NCBI GenBank assembly: GCA_945859975.1
Contig: CAMAPH010000011.1
Location: 1-64,000, forward strand
Direction: 5' to 3'
DNA length: 64,000 nt
DNA from: Chthonomonas calidirosea
GTDB lineage: Bacteria; Armatimonadota; Fimbriimonadia; Fimbriimonadales; Fimbriimonadaceae
Shown here one piece after another: positions 19,901 through 28,972 of the stretch. Both the position numbers and the translations under genes were made by a program. Under the pieces are notes generated by a model that made no database searches, had not been told where the DNA came from, and saw only the letters and a list, made by a program, of their open reading frames with translations. Positions within the stretch are counted from its first letter, which is position 1. Each line of letters opens with the position of its first letter.

Positions 19901-20307
19901 GCCGCTCCGATTGGAGCCACGATGGGCGGCGACGTTTGACCGGTCGGTGCGCTTTGCGGAGTTGGGGCACCTGCCGTGGTTGCCGGAGCCGCAGTAGTAC
20001 CAGTCGCTGTCGTGCCACCGGTTGTAGCTGTCGTTCCGGTTGTTGTCGTGCCGCCGGTTGTCGCGGTTGTTCCAGTTGTCGTCGCGCCGCCCGTTGTTGC
20101 GGTTGTTCCGGTTGTCGTCGCGCCGCCCGTTGTTGCGGTCGTACCCGTGGTTCCGGTTGTAGAGGCCGTGCTAGCCGTCCCACCCGTGGTTTGGTTCTGG
20201 TCCGCGATTGTAATCGCGCTGCCAAAAATGAGTGCTGCGCAGGCGACTGTAGGGCCAATGCGACGCAGCCAAGAAACCAAAACCGGAGAATATTGCGAAT
20301 TTCGCAT
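16978..20307 (-). CDS. Polysaccharide export protein (Wza/KpsD-like) with multiple SLBB repeats
   Basis: YQIGPGDLLSI Poly_export motif; repeated GxVxRPGxY...LxDLxxxAGG SLBB units; start uncertain (20307 or 20355). Confidence 0.9.
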   Translation of the reverse strand: MRNSQYSPVLVSWLRRIGPTVACAALIFGSAITIADQNQTTGGTASTASTTGTTGTTATTGGATTTGTTATTGGATTTGTTATTGGTTTTGTTATTGGTTATGTTAAPATTAGAPTPQSAPTGQTSPPIVAPIGAAADPGLPVIKNLPVFGFEYFKEARLLIDQRRAGGAAGGGNSLQTAVGPDQMLKGGANLPVPERYQIGPGDLLSIRIASPVQAPTTQQVRVDATGGITVPGTGERVVVRGQTVGQANNTISRIANRYLRDAQVETQLAELRTISIRILGDAYAPGTYEVPSIITLFNALYAAGGPNDTGSFRNIELRRFNTPLKRIDLYRLLLQGDGSLDVPLQPGDTIFIPPADSRITVKGEVRRPAVYEIRSGEKLRDVLAYAGGAKPTGITQQVSVESVRPGVSRVLIDANLLGRSTTDNPVLYDGDSVDIFSIRSLVQNAVRIEGAVDQPRSFGFSKGMRVSDLLLLARGTIEDTYLDRADLYRQNPDGSTTLIPVRLRDAIAKVSGANIELQPNDRIRVYSIKETQFLSPRRVTISGAVQRPGLYVRSNGQTLRDLLIQAGGLLPTANDRVGLLQRALADGRPGPLVRVNLAKAAVGDPSENIVLQDDDVLTVNTFATADFYPDQIVEIVGAVQRPGTFTKSAGMRLKDLIEVAGGLLPTAEKSRAYLQRANPNGTQGPLEIIDLAALLKGDLAANVEINIKDRLSIFTEAESKFTVTETVRISGAVQRPGNYPTSSNLKLADLVTLAGGVLPNASSVIELSRAWQKAGTPVERIAVMDVINGAAAASIEIKAGDQVTLPARSDIQERARLVYINGKVRFPGPYMITGTNDRLSNLIQRAGGLVSGAFPEGTEFNRDPSLLTTPKQLALQPRIAGTLLLVADAEYRRASALADLDRLRIVFSQGATISTSASLLPIQTSGGASDQGLQPGASLDQALAAALRSEAATNARKLGENELVPSGNLDIDLRGALRKPNSTLDPVLKDGDVINVPETPTTVSITGAVVLPSAVLYRPGAGLDYYLPRAGGLTNDASIQEILIIRATGGIVRYQKGVKIELGDNILIPTKVQAVRLKDNVNALQTITQTVASAGISLALIRSLTR
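19990..20160 (-). repeat. 36-nt coding tandem repeat encoding (TTTGTTATTGGA)n
   Basis: Units recur at 20014, 20050, 20086 and 20122 (36-nt period). Confidence 0.85.
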
Positions 20308-20444
20308 GAGCAACCTGCAACGCGTCCAGACACGCGTTCCTCGGAAGCGAATCATACCACTGGATGAGCTATTAGACTATAGTCTCAGAGGCTGGATATA
20401 CTCAGCGACGCAAGGGTGCCGGACAGCACCGGAGAGGAGAACGA

Positions 20445-21722
20445 ATGGATAACGGTGGATCTGGATTTGTGACAAAGATCAAACCTCACCTCCCCGAGCT
20501 GAAGAAAGGTGCCGGTTTGATCATCGGAAGTGGCCTTTTGTCGGCCGCTGTGGCCTATGGAATCATCGCTGCGCGACCGGCAGAGTATCGCGCTACAAGT
20601 AGCTTGATCCTGCCCGCCTCTGCGGTTTCCTCCCTGACGGCCGCACTTCCATTTCTCAGCAAGGAAGCCTCTCCGCTGTCGGTCCTCACCGGAATTGGTA
20701 AGAGTTCTCGCACATTCATAGAGCTATCGCAAGCAACGAAGATTTCCACCGAAGAGCTTCGGAATCGCCTTCACTGGGAAGAGAACGCAACCACGAACCA
20801 ACTTACGGTTTCCTACGTTGACGCGAAAAAGGACCGCGCAATTAATGTGGTCAACATGGCGCGGACCATTTTGGACAAAACCTCGGTCACGGTGAGCGCG
20901 GGACTGGGAAGCTCGCAGGCCGATGAAATTAACTCCGTGTTGAAGGACCGCGCGGCAAAATTGGCCGAATTGGAAGAAGGGCTACTCACCTTCCAAAAGG
21001 AACTCCAGACCGCCCCCGACGCTGCGAACCCATTTGCTTCGGGCGCTTACTTCGCCCGACTGAAAGAAGTTGAACTTGACCTTGCCAAGGTCGACAAGCA
21101 GATCGAAGTCGAGCGAAACGCCGCCGTTCGGAGAGGTGAACCGGAACTTGAGCGCACCTCCGGTCCAGCGAACCCGACCTGGCGCGAAAAGCTGGCAACT
21201 GCGGAGTTTGAACTCCGCGTTGCCGAAACCCGATTGGGGCCAGATGCGCCAGAAGTGGAAGCTCTTCGACGAAAGCTGACCGTCACACGACTTCAGCTTC
21301 AAAAGGAAATCCAGAAGTACATCGCTTCAGTCCAAGATGGGCTAGACGGCAAGTTCGCCGCCCTAGAATCAAAGCGACAGGTACTGGAAATCCAGCGCGA
21401 GTATCTAACCGAGCAATCGAAGCTCGCACCTCCAGAGAGCCTTGAGTTTCAACGTCGCGTGCGAGAGATCGAGGGCCAGGCAAAGATTGTTGCGGATCTT
21501 CAGCGCCAATACGAACTCGCCAAGTTGGACAGTGAGGTGTACCGAATTCAGTACACAACGCTGCAGCCAACCTATGTCGAGCCAGAACCGGTCAACAAAG
21601 ACGCTGCCAAGCCAACGCTGTTCTCCCTCATCGGCGGACTGCTGACTTCGGCGTACTGCATCATCTTCGCCGGAATGTGGCGAAGAGATGCGGCGACTAC
21701 TTCGCGCCCTGCCGAAGATTGA
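20445..21722 (+). CDS. Polysaccharide co-polymerase (Wzz/GumC-like), no kinase domain
   Basis: N-terminal TM + PAEYRATSSL, long coiled coil with LGPDAPEVEALR, C-terminal P-rich motif + TM. Confidence 0.75.
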   Translation: MDNGGSGFVTKIKPHLPELKKGAGLIIGSGLLSAAVAYGIIAARPAEYRATSSLILPASAVSSLTAALPFLSKEASPLSVLTGIGKSSRTFIELSQATKISTEELRNRLHWEENATTNQLTVSYVDAKKDRAINVVNMARTILDKTSVTVSAGLGSSQADEINSVLKDRAAKLAELEEGLLTFQKELQTAPDAANPFASGAYFARLKEVELDLAKVDKQIEVERNAAVRRGEPELERTSGPANPTWREKLATAEFELRVAETRLGPDAPEVEALRRKLTVTRLQLQKEIQKYIASVQDGLDGKFAALESKRQVLEIQREYLTEQSKLAPPESLEFQRRVREIEGQAKIVADLQRQYELAKLDSEVYRIQYTTLQPTYVEPEPVNKDAAKPTLFSLIGGLLTSAYCIIFAGMWRRDAATTSRPAED

Positions 21723-22971
21723 ACTTCGCCGAGATTTGAGCCCTTGCGCTCTTGCTCAGCATTGATCGTAAGCCACGCTTGATGAACGAGAAGAGGCCAG
21801 CCTTTGAAAGGTCACTGGAAGAGCTCATCCACTCCGGTCGGTAAGTCTTGTAAAGGGCCTCGTATACCGGCGCCGAAACCTGCACGTCAAGCTTGGTTCT
21901 CGCGTAGTTCAGGGCGAAAGCGCCGAGCTCGGCTTGTCTTGCCTCGCTTTGAATCGCATCTGTCAGCGCAGCTTGTAGTAGTTTTCGAGTTTCCGCGCGG
22001 GCTTGGCCGTCGCCCACGTTTCGGCCGCTGAAGTTGAATTCGGCGAGGGCATCCACGGTTTCGGCGGAAACAACCCCGGCAAACCCGACCTTTCCGACGA
22101 CAAACGTTGGTTTTCCGGCAGCAAGGCCCTCAAAGACGGACCGCCCCATCCCGCAGATCACGCTGGCCATTCCGAGATACTTCTGGGCCGATGTGCTTTC
22201 GTCCACGGCACTCACGGCAATGACCTTGCCCGCTTCGGAGTTCACTCGGGCGACTTCGGCATAAATCTCTTCAGCAATCGAGGCGACGTCGGCGTAGCCA
22301 ATGTGCACGAAACAAATCGGGATTCCCGCCTTGTTCATCGCTTCTGTCACGGCAACGCCATCCAAGATTGAGTCGCGGTAGGCGGGTCCGATTCTCGCAA
22401 TTCGAAGGAAGATCGGGGCGTCCGCAGGGATCTTGTACTTCGTGCGGAACTCGCTCGCCTTTTCGGCAGACTGAAGCTCCTGAATTTCGTCAACATCAAT
22501 CCTCGCCGGCACGACAATAACGTCTTCTGGTTTGGCCGCGGCCGTTTCGAGAATTTCAAGTTTGTTCTCTTCGCTAAGGCAAGTTGCGAACCTTAACTTT
22601 AGCGAACTCATGATGCGAACTTCGAGCGGTTCCTTAACCGCCGGACCACCACAACGCGTGTAAACCCAAGGGGTTAATGACTTAGACGCGAACTTTAGAA
22701 TCTCAACGAGCCCAAGCGAACTAAAAGTGTGGACCGCATCAAGCCGACCGGCTGCCTTGAGTTCTTGTAGCTTAGAAATGAGCCCGGAAGACCAGCCATG
22801 GGCAATTCTATCGAACTGGAATCCCGCATCTTCAATCACCTTCGTCGGCGATGCCACGCCTACCAGGTAATGCACTTCGTGACCTCGTGACCGCATTGCC
22901 TTGCCAACAGAAACGGAAGTCCGAGTGTGTCCGCCAAGGCCGGCATCGAGAACCACGATCACGATTTTCAT
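21697..22971 (-). CDS. GT-B fold glycosyltransferase (GT4-like)
   Basis: MKIVIVVLDAGLGGHTR...RGHEVH; GMGRSVFEGLAAGKPTFVVG donor-binding motif. Confidence 0.8.
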   Translation of the reverse strand: MKIVIVVLDAGLGGHTRTSVSVGKAMRSRGHEVHYLVGVASPTKVIEDAGFQFDRIAHGWSSGLISKLQELKAAGRLDAVHTFSSLGLVEILKFASKSLTPWVYTRCGGPAVKEPLEVRIMSSLKLRFATCLSEENKLEILETAAAKPEDVIVVPARIDVDEIQELQSAEKASEFRTKYKIPADAPIFLRIARIGPAYRDSILDGVAVTEAMNKAGIPICFVHIGYADVASIAEEIYAEVARVNSEAGKVIAVSAVDESTSAQKYLGMASVICGMGRSVFEGLAAGKPTFVVGKVGFAGVVSAETVDALAEFNFSGRNVGDGQARAETRKLLQAALTDAIQSEARQAELGAFALNYARTKLDVQVSAPVYEALYKTYRPEWMSSSSDLSKAGLFSFIKRGLRSMLSKSARAQISAKFNLRQGAK

Positions 22972-23014
22972 CGCGCCTAGGGTACCGCTTGACCAAAATC
23001 TGGTTACATAGGGC

Positions 23015-24211
23015 ATGCCAACGGCATCCACGACGTTCCTTTTCGATCAACACCGCACCGGGCGAACGCCCTTTGGGATTGGAACCGCGGAGTCACCCAG
23101 CGAGTTGTGGAAGACGTGGTTGCCAAGCCATCCGAGCAAAGGTGCGGAGAGCAGCCCCGCATTCGACACCGAGGGCAACCTGTACTTTGGAAGTCACGAC
23201 GGATGCTTCTACTCTCTATCCAATAGCGGAAAGGTTCGCTGGATGTTTAAGACGGACGAGAAGATTTACAGTAGCCCGCAACTCATCGATGATAAAGTTG
23301 TTGTGTTTGCCGGTGGAAACGGATACCTCTACGCATTCTCGACCGCTGGCGACCTCCTTTGGCACTATGATCTCTGCCAAGGTTATCGCCCTGCTGGAGC
23401 CGTCAAGCGAGCCATCGCAACGTTAAAGGAGCTTCCAGTAACCCTGGATTGGAAACGCAAGTATTTGGTTACGACAAAGTCCTGGGCGTCCCCGTCGCTG
23501 CACTCGGAAGGCTTCTTGATCGCGACGGGTTACGGTAAGGGACTTCATGCCGTGAACCTGGATGGTTCAGGACGCTGGAAGTTTGACCTCGTCGCACCGC
23601 AATATTCCCTGAGCGGCACTTGCCTGGACAATGACGGAAACATCCTCGTTACCGCCCTCGAAGGGGCGGCCTATAGCGTGGATGCTCACGGCAAGCAAAA
23701 CTGGAAAACCTCCCTGCCAAAAGGCTTCAAAAACTGGGGGACTCCAAGCTTTGATCCAGAACTTCTGCAGGGGTATTTCCCGGTTTCAAAGAAGGAAGAA
23801 TCGGCGTTTGTCTTTGCGTTAGACCCATCAGGATCCGTACGATGGAAAGCTGAAGTGCCTGGAGGCATCCGTGGTTCGGTTAGCATCGGAACGGGCGATC
23901 ACGCCATCGTTTGCGGACTTGCTGGCGAAGTGATCTATCTCAACCGGAAGACCGGTGCCATTGACCGAAAGGTCCGCCTTTCCAAAGATAGCCGAGCGCT
24001 TTGGACCACGGCGGCAATCGACCCCCAGGGCCACATTCTTTTGACGACGAAAGAGACCAACACCACGGGAAGTCTTGCCTGCCTTACGGCTGACGGCGTT
24101 CTGAAGTGGTCCACGCCGATTGGCAAGGCCCTTTCAACTCCCGTGATTGATGCGGAAGGTCGAATTTACGTTGGAAGCTGGGATGGCTACTACCGCTGTA
24201 TTCAATCCTAA
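23015..24211 (+). CDS. PQQ-binding-like beta-propeller repeat protein
   Basis: Repeats such as SSPAFDTEGNLYFGSHDG, G.VRW.FKT, STPVIDAEGRIYVGSWDG. Confidence 0.85.
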   Translation: MPTASTTFLFDQHRTGRTPFGIGTAESPSELWKTWLPSHPSKGAESSPAFDTEGNLYFGSHDGCFYSLSNSGKVRWMFKTDEKIYSSPQLIDDKVVVFAGGNGYLYAFSTAGDLLWHYDLCQGYRPAGAVKRAIATLKELPVTLDWKRKYLVTTKSWASPSLHSEGFLIATGYGKGLHAVNLDGSGRWKFDLVAPQYSLSGTCLDNDGNILVTALEGAAYSVDAHGKQNWKTSLPKGFKNWGTPSFDPELLQGYFPVSKKEESAFVFALDPSGSVRWKAEVPGGIRGSVSIGTGDHAIVCGLAGEVIYLNRKTGAIDRKVRLSKDSRALWTTAAIDPQGHILLTTKETNTTGSLACLTADGVLKWSTPIGKALSTPVIDAEGRIYVGSWDGYYRCIQS

Positions 24212-25551
24212 GCCGCAGGCTTCTTACCGCGCTTGAGCTTCTTGAGGATTGGAGCAAAGTCCGACTTCTTCGCAATCAGGGCGTCGGACCACTTCACTTC
24301 GTACCGCTTTAGATATGCGAACAGGAATAGCAGGGCGCCCAGCGAATAACCAACGCTGCTCGCAATTGCGCCACCTTGGATTCCCATGTTGAATTGCCTA
24401 ATCAGAACCACCGACAGCGCCAAGTTGACTATAACTGCGACGGCATAGCTTCGAGCTGCGAATAGTGGCTCGCCACGACCCGCGAGGTCGCCGCCAAGGA
24501 CCTTATAGATGACACCGAGCAGTACGCCGGGAATCATCGTGCGAGTGGTTGCGGTTGCCTGAGCCAGCGCGGTTGGTCCAGCATCGGACAGCTTTTGTCC
24601 AAAGAACAAGAGCATTAACGGGCCAGCCGCAAAGTACAGCGCTGCTCCCGCCAAGATGGTGATCGGGAGCGTAAGCCGAAGCGCCTTCACCGAACGATCG
24701 ACCGCATCTTGAACCGAACCTGAATTGGCACTCTTGCTGATCAGAACCGTTCCGACCGCAGTCGGAATCTGCCAAAGCACCTCCACGAGGCTGACGCCCA
24801 ATCCGTACACGCCCACCAAGCCAATACTGACGCTTCGCTCGAGAACCAAAACATTGACTCGATAGTTCAGCGCGATCACGAAGGCGGCAACGGCATACTT
24901 GAGCCCGAGATTGACCAACTCGGCCACCACCGGCTTATCAAATCTCGGCCAGACTTTTGCCTCGTGCCCAAGCCGTAAGATAGGAGATGCGGCTCCGGCC
25001 ATTGCGCCAATCAAGAAGCCCATCGTAACGCTCATGAGGCCCGCCTTCACGACGAACAGGAGCACGAGCAACCCGATCATGTAGCCGGCGTATCGCTGCA
25101 TTTGCGAAGCGTTGAAGCTCTTCATCTGCTGCTTCGCCAGGAAGATCCCGTTACCGTAGTCGATCAGCAGAATGAACGGAATGGAAGCAAGCGCGGGAAT
25201 GAGCAGTGGCCAGCCGAAGGTCTGCGCGGGTCCGGTCGCGAAGGTGGCAGAAACCAACACGATCGCAACACCGGCGGAAAGCAGCAACATGCTGAACGCA
25301 TTGCCGTAAAAGGTTTTCAGATCAAAGTTCTTGTTCGCATACATGATCGTGAGCGAACGGTTCATACCCAAGCCCGTGATGCTATTGACCATGTTGATGG
25401 TGGCGAAGGCAACGGTGTAAAGGCCTTGACCATCGGGTCCCAAACTTCTCGCGATGATAAGAGAAATGATGAGCCCAGCGGAAAGGGTGAAGAGTTTTGC
25501 GAGAAAGACGAGGATCGAACTTCCGGCTAGGCTCTGCTTTCCTTCACTCAT
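24208..25551 (-). CDS. Wzx-type oligosaccharide flippase
   Basis: IIARSLGPDGQGLY, LNYRVNVLVL, VGVYGLG, NLALSVVLI...GIQGGAIASS; about 12 TM segments. Confidence 0.88.
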   Translation of the reverse strand: MSEGKQSLAGSSILVFLAKLFTLSAGLIISLIIARSLGPDGQGLYTVAFATINMVNSITGLGMNRSLTIMYANKNFDLKTFYGNAFSMLLLSAGVAIVLVSATFATGPAQTFGWPLLIPALASIPFILLIDYGNGIFLAKQQMKSFNASQMQRYAGYMIGLLVLLFVVKAGLMSVTMGFLIGAMAGAASPILRLGHEAKVWPRFDKPVVAELVNLGLKYAVAAFVIALNYRVNVLVLERSVSIGLVGVYGLGVSLVEVLWQIPTAVGTVLISKSANSGSVQDAVDRSVKALRLTLPITILAGAALYFAAGPLMLLFFGQKLSDAGPTALAQATATTRTMIPGVLLGVIYKVLGGDLAGRGEPLFAARSYAVAVIVNLALSVVLIRQFNMGIQGGAIASSVGYSLGALLFLFAYLKRYEVKWSDALIAKKSDFAPILKKLKRGKKPAA

Positions 25552-25563
25552 TATTAATTTTCC

Positions 25564-26736
25564 TTAAGCTGGGGCAAGGGCCAAATCTGGGTTCCCAGTT
25601 GGCTCGGGCTGGGGACGTTTACGCAGCTCTGCCGCAACGCACCACGACACCGCCAGCAACGTCCACAGAAGTGTAAACCGCAAACCTTGGTGCGTAAATC
25701 CATACGAGGCTATGGATATAAACGGGTACGCGTCGTATCCCTGGCCACGTAAGCAGAAGTAGAAGAACGTGCCAATGAGCGCACAACCGATGAAGCCGTA
25801 AGCGAAAATCAGGGTTCCGAAGACGGAGTGCAACTCTTGCCTACCCGATCGTGTCCATCGCGTTTGGTCAGCCTCACTTGCGCCGAAGGCCAAGTATTGG
25901 GCGTTCTCCCAGATTCGGTTATAGCCTCGGCCCTCCGCGTTGTCGTCGGCTTGCGTACCGATTCCGGAAAGACGCGCTTCCGCACGGTCTAGGACCGAAA
26001 TGGCGTCTGGGAATGCCGTGAACAGGGCGAAACCGATGGCAACGATAATCGCAAGCACTCCTGGTTGCCTGAGTCCATAGAACACGAGCATGATGAGGAC
26101 GCCGACAATTGCCGCCTTAGAAAGCGAAATGAGCGAAAGCATCAAGCAGATGAAGAAGAGCCCCGTCACCTGCCAAGTTTTCGGTTGAGCAACCCGTGCT
26201 AGGTAAGCCACCATCGCTGAAGCAATCAACGAGAAGTAGCCTAGCTGGTTCGGGTTGTTAAAGAAGATCGTCGCGCGTGCCGGGTTCCCGATGTCACGGA
26301 TACCCAATACGAATTGCAGCACGACACAAACCGAGATCGCCCAGTACGAACTGATCAGGAATTTCTTCCCGTACTCGCTATAGAGTACAAAAACTAAAGC
26401 CACTGACATTCCGTTATGAATGTAAAACAGGAACGTTTGGACACCCAGCGAGTCCGTAAGCTTGAGAGCGTAGAACGAGTTGTTGAGAAAAACGTAGCCG
26501 ACGAAGAGCCAGAGGAATTTGATCGCAATCCGCGATTCTGGCAACACCTTAAAGTGACCGCGAACGAGAAGCCGAATCGCAATCGCAACGAGGAAGAAGT
26601 CGCTGATTCGCGGGAGACCGCTCGGGAGTAGGTAGAAGGGGAAAGTCAGGATGAACATCTGCCAGAGCAGCAGGTTAACATCCTTAATAACGAACGGAGA
26701 CTTCACACTGCCACCGTCTGTTTCTTCTTCGACCAC
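25564..26736 (-). CDS. Wzy polymerase / O-antigen ligase-like membrane protein
   Basis: RATIFFNNPNQLG, SLSKAA, ELHSVFGTLIFAYGFIG; polytopic; alternative GTG start at 26706 coupled to the upstream stop. Confidence 0.75.
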   Translation of the reverse strand: MVEEETDGGSVKSPFVIKDVNLLLWQMFILTFPFYLLPSGLPRISDFFLVAIAIRLLVRGHFKVLPESRIAIKFLWLFVGYVFLNNSFYALKLTDSLGVQTFLFYIHNGMSVALVFVLYSEYGKKFLISSYWAISVCVVLQFVLGIRDIGNPARATIFFNNPNQLGYFSLIASAMVAYLARVAQPKTWQVTGLFFICLMLSLISLSKAAIVGVLIMLVFYGLRQPGVLAIIVAIGFALFTAFPDAISVLDRAEARLSGIGTQADDNAEGRGYNRIWENAQYLAFGASEADQTRWTRSGRQELHSVFGTLIFAYGFIGCALIGTFFYFCLRGQGYDAYPFISIASYGFTHQGLRFTLLWTLLAVSWCVAAELRKRPQPEPTGNPDLALAPA

Positions 26737-27953
26737 TTCTTGGCAAAACCGCAGTGGATGACAACGGAAAGGATCAATCCGATCGAGAAAGCTAGGACCG
26801 CGATAAGGCTGTATCGCTTATTGGAGGGTGTCTGCTCAACCGTCGGTTCTTGAAGTACCGTCCAAACAAGTCGATAGAACTCACTCTTCAACTTGGCCTG
26901 CTCGTACTGCTCGCGTACCGTGTCCGCCGTCGTTTGCTGGGCCTTGATCTGCCGAAGCATGCGCGAGAACTTCAGCGCTTCTTCCGGTGCCTTCTTGGAG
27001 AGGGTGATCAAAGTTTCGCGGGTCCACTGAAGGGCCGCTTCTTCCGCCATTAGGTTTGCCAGCTCGGGGTCAAGGTTTGCATCCGCTGCTGCTTGTCGTC
27101 GCTTCATTTCGTCGACAAACAAACGCCTTGCCGTGCCAATCTCTCGTCGAAGGGCCTCGACTTCTGGTGCCTTGTCACCATATTTTGTGAGTGCGACCTG
27201 AAGATCATATTCAAGCTGCACGACTCTGTTGCGGTAGGTTTCTCGCGCTGGGTCGCCCGTTGGCATGTTCGGAGCCGCCGAGGTCACGCGCTTGATGTAG
27301 CCTTCTGCACTCTCGATCTTCTTTCGAACCGCGCCGAGCTCGATATCGATCTGCTTCAAACGGCGAACGTAGTTGAAGTTGACGAGCGGACTCGCTGTAT
27401 CTGGAACGGTCTCAAACTGCTCCTGGACCTTTCGGAACTCTTCCTCAAGAGCCGCCAATTCTTTCTCTTCTCGGTCCAGGGTTTCGCGAAGCAGGCCAGT
27501 TTGTTGATCTCCGAGGGACAAGCTCAACTTGCCGGAAAGAGTCCGTAATTCGTTGAGCGCAAGTTCAACTACCTTCTTGCTTTGCTCTTTCTTTCGAGTA
27601 GTCGCAACAATAACCAACTGCCCGAACTCCGCATCTTCGCGATAGTCCAAGAGACCACGAAGATCTTGCGTCGAGATGCCGCTGCCTTTGCTTACGGCTT
27701 GCATCACCGGAAGGCTTTCACCGACACCTTGGAGAACGGTCAGGGGCGAAGCTTGACCCTGGAAGGTCGGGGGAGCATCGGCACCTGGAACCACCGGCGT
27801 GACGATTACGGCAGTTGCGCGGTACTGGCTTGGCATCAGGAAGGCCACACCCAGAACAATCGCGGTGAACAAAGCAGCGAGCAGAATCACCCGAATGATG
27901 TTCTTTCCGAGGAACTCTAAATACGGCCGCAGGTTAATTTCGTCGTTCGTCAT
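26703..27953 (-). CDS. Second polysaccharide co-polymerase (Wzz/GumC-like)
   Basis: DEINLRPYL Wzz-type N-terminus, TM, PSQYRATA, coiled coil with YGDKAPEVEALR, C-terminal TM. Confidence 0.8.
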   Translation of the reverse strand: MTNDEINLRPYLEFLGKNIIRVILLAALFTAIVLGVAFLMPSQYRATAVIVTPVVPGADAPPTFQGQASPLTVLQGVGESLPVMQAVSKGSGISTQDLRGLLDYREDAEFGQLVIVATTRKKEQSKKVVELALNELRTLSGKLSLSLGDQQTGLLRETLDREEKELAALEEEFRKVQEQFETVPDTASPLVNFNYVRRLKQIDIELGAVRKKIESAEGYIKRVTSAAPNMPTGDPARETYRNRVVQLEYDLQVALTKYGDKAPEVEALRREIGTARRLFVDEMKRRQAAADANLDPELANLMAEEAALQWTRETLITLSKKAPEEALKFSRMLRQIKAQQTTADTVREQYEQAKLKSEFYRLVWTVLQEPTVEQTPSNKRYSLIAVLAFSIGLILSVVIHCGFAKKWSKKKQTVAV

Positions 27954-28004
27954 CCAAACCCCGGCTTAGTACCGCTCTAGTCGAAAAATCATACCAGAGT
28001 GAAC

Positions 28005-28934
28005 CTAACGCGTCTCTAGAGAGCTCACCAATCGAGCTAGGCCGATGGAAAGCGGCGTCATGGGTGAATCCCAGAGACTTCGCATCCGCCCAACATTTGC
28101 CCGCGAGATCATGATGTCGCCTGCCCTTGGCTCGCCAAAGGTCACTTCAGCGCGGATGCCGAGAATGCCTTCAAGCTCTTCCACGAGGTCACGTAGGGTC
28201 ACTGAGGTTCCAGTACCAACGTTCATCAGGTCAGGAACTTCATTCTTCGGGACGAGACTGGTGATGAAAGCTGCCAAGTCGCGCACGTACACAAAGTCCC
28301 GCGACTGGTAGCCATCGCCAAAAATCGAAATTCCCTGGCCCGCCTTGAGACGGTTCACAAAGATGCTGATCACTCCGCTGTAGGCCGAGTTCGGATCTTG
28401 CCTTTCGCCATAGATATTGAAGAAGCGAAGCGCCGTACCGTGAATCCCATAAAGGCGCCCGTAGGCCCGTAGCAAGAACTCGCCGGACATCTTATCGAGC
28501 CCGTACGGCGAGGAAGGATCGGGCATGTCGGTCTCAAGATGCGGTTCCGGATTGTTTGCCGTGTAGGTCGCTGCGGAGCTGGCATAAACGATGCGCTTCA
28601 CTTCGCTCGCCCGCATGGCTTCGAGGACGTTGAGCGTGCCGACGTAATTTGCCTGGTGAGTTTCTAGCGGAAATTCCACCGACTTCGCGACCGACGGTTC
28701 GGCGGCCAGGTGCACAACGGCAGCAACGCTTGCCATGGCTCCGGCGATCGATTTCGGATCACAGATGTCGCCTTCGACAAACTCGAACGGCCCCTCAAGG
28801 TGACTCAAGTTGCTCAGTTTTCCGGAAGAAAGATTGTCCAGAATCCGAACGGAATAGCCAGAGGCAAGCAACGTTTCAACGACGTGCGATCCTATGAACC
28901 CCGCGCCACCGGTAACCAAAACAAGTTGAGACAC
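28005..28934 (-). CDS. NAD-dependent nucleotide-sugar epimerase/dehydratase (GalE/WbpP-like)
   Basis: VTGGAGFIGSH, HLAA, ASSAATY, YGLDK (YxxxK), LRFFNIYG, YSGVISIF. Confidence 0.92.
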   Translation of the reverse strand: MSQLVLVTGGAGFIGSHVVETLLASGYSVRILDNLSSGKLSNLSHLEGPFEFVEGDICDPKSIAGAMASVAAVVHLAAEPSVAKSVEFPLETHQANYVGTLNVLEAMRASEVKRIVYASSAATYTANNPEPHLETDMPDPSSPYGLDKMSGEFLLRAYGRLYGIHGTALRFFNIYGERQDPNSAYSGVISIFVNRLKAGQGISIFGDGYQSRDFVYVRDLAAFITSLVPKNEVPDLMNVGTGTSVTLRDLVEELEGILGIRAEVTFGEPRAGDIMISRANVGRMRSLWDSPMTPLSIGLARLVSSLETR

Positions 28935-28972
28935 GCCTTAGGTTACCGCTGGCGTAAGCTATCCGCAAGCCG

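Noticed and set aside
19990..20160. 36-nt repeats as a CRISPR array
   Set aside because: Contiguous in-frame coding repeats without unique spacers; no cas genes
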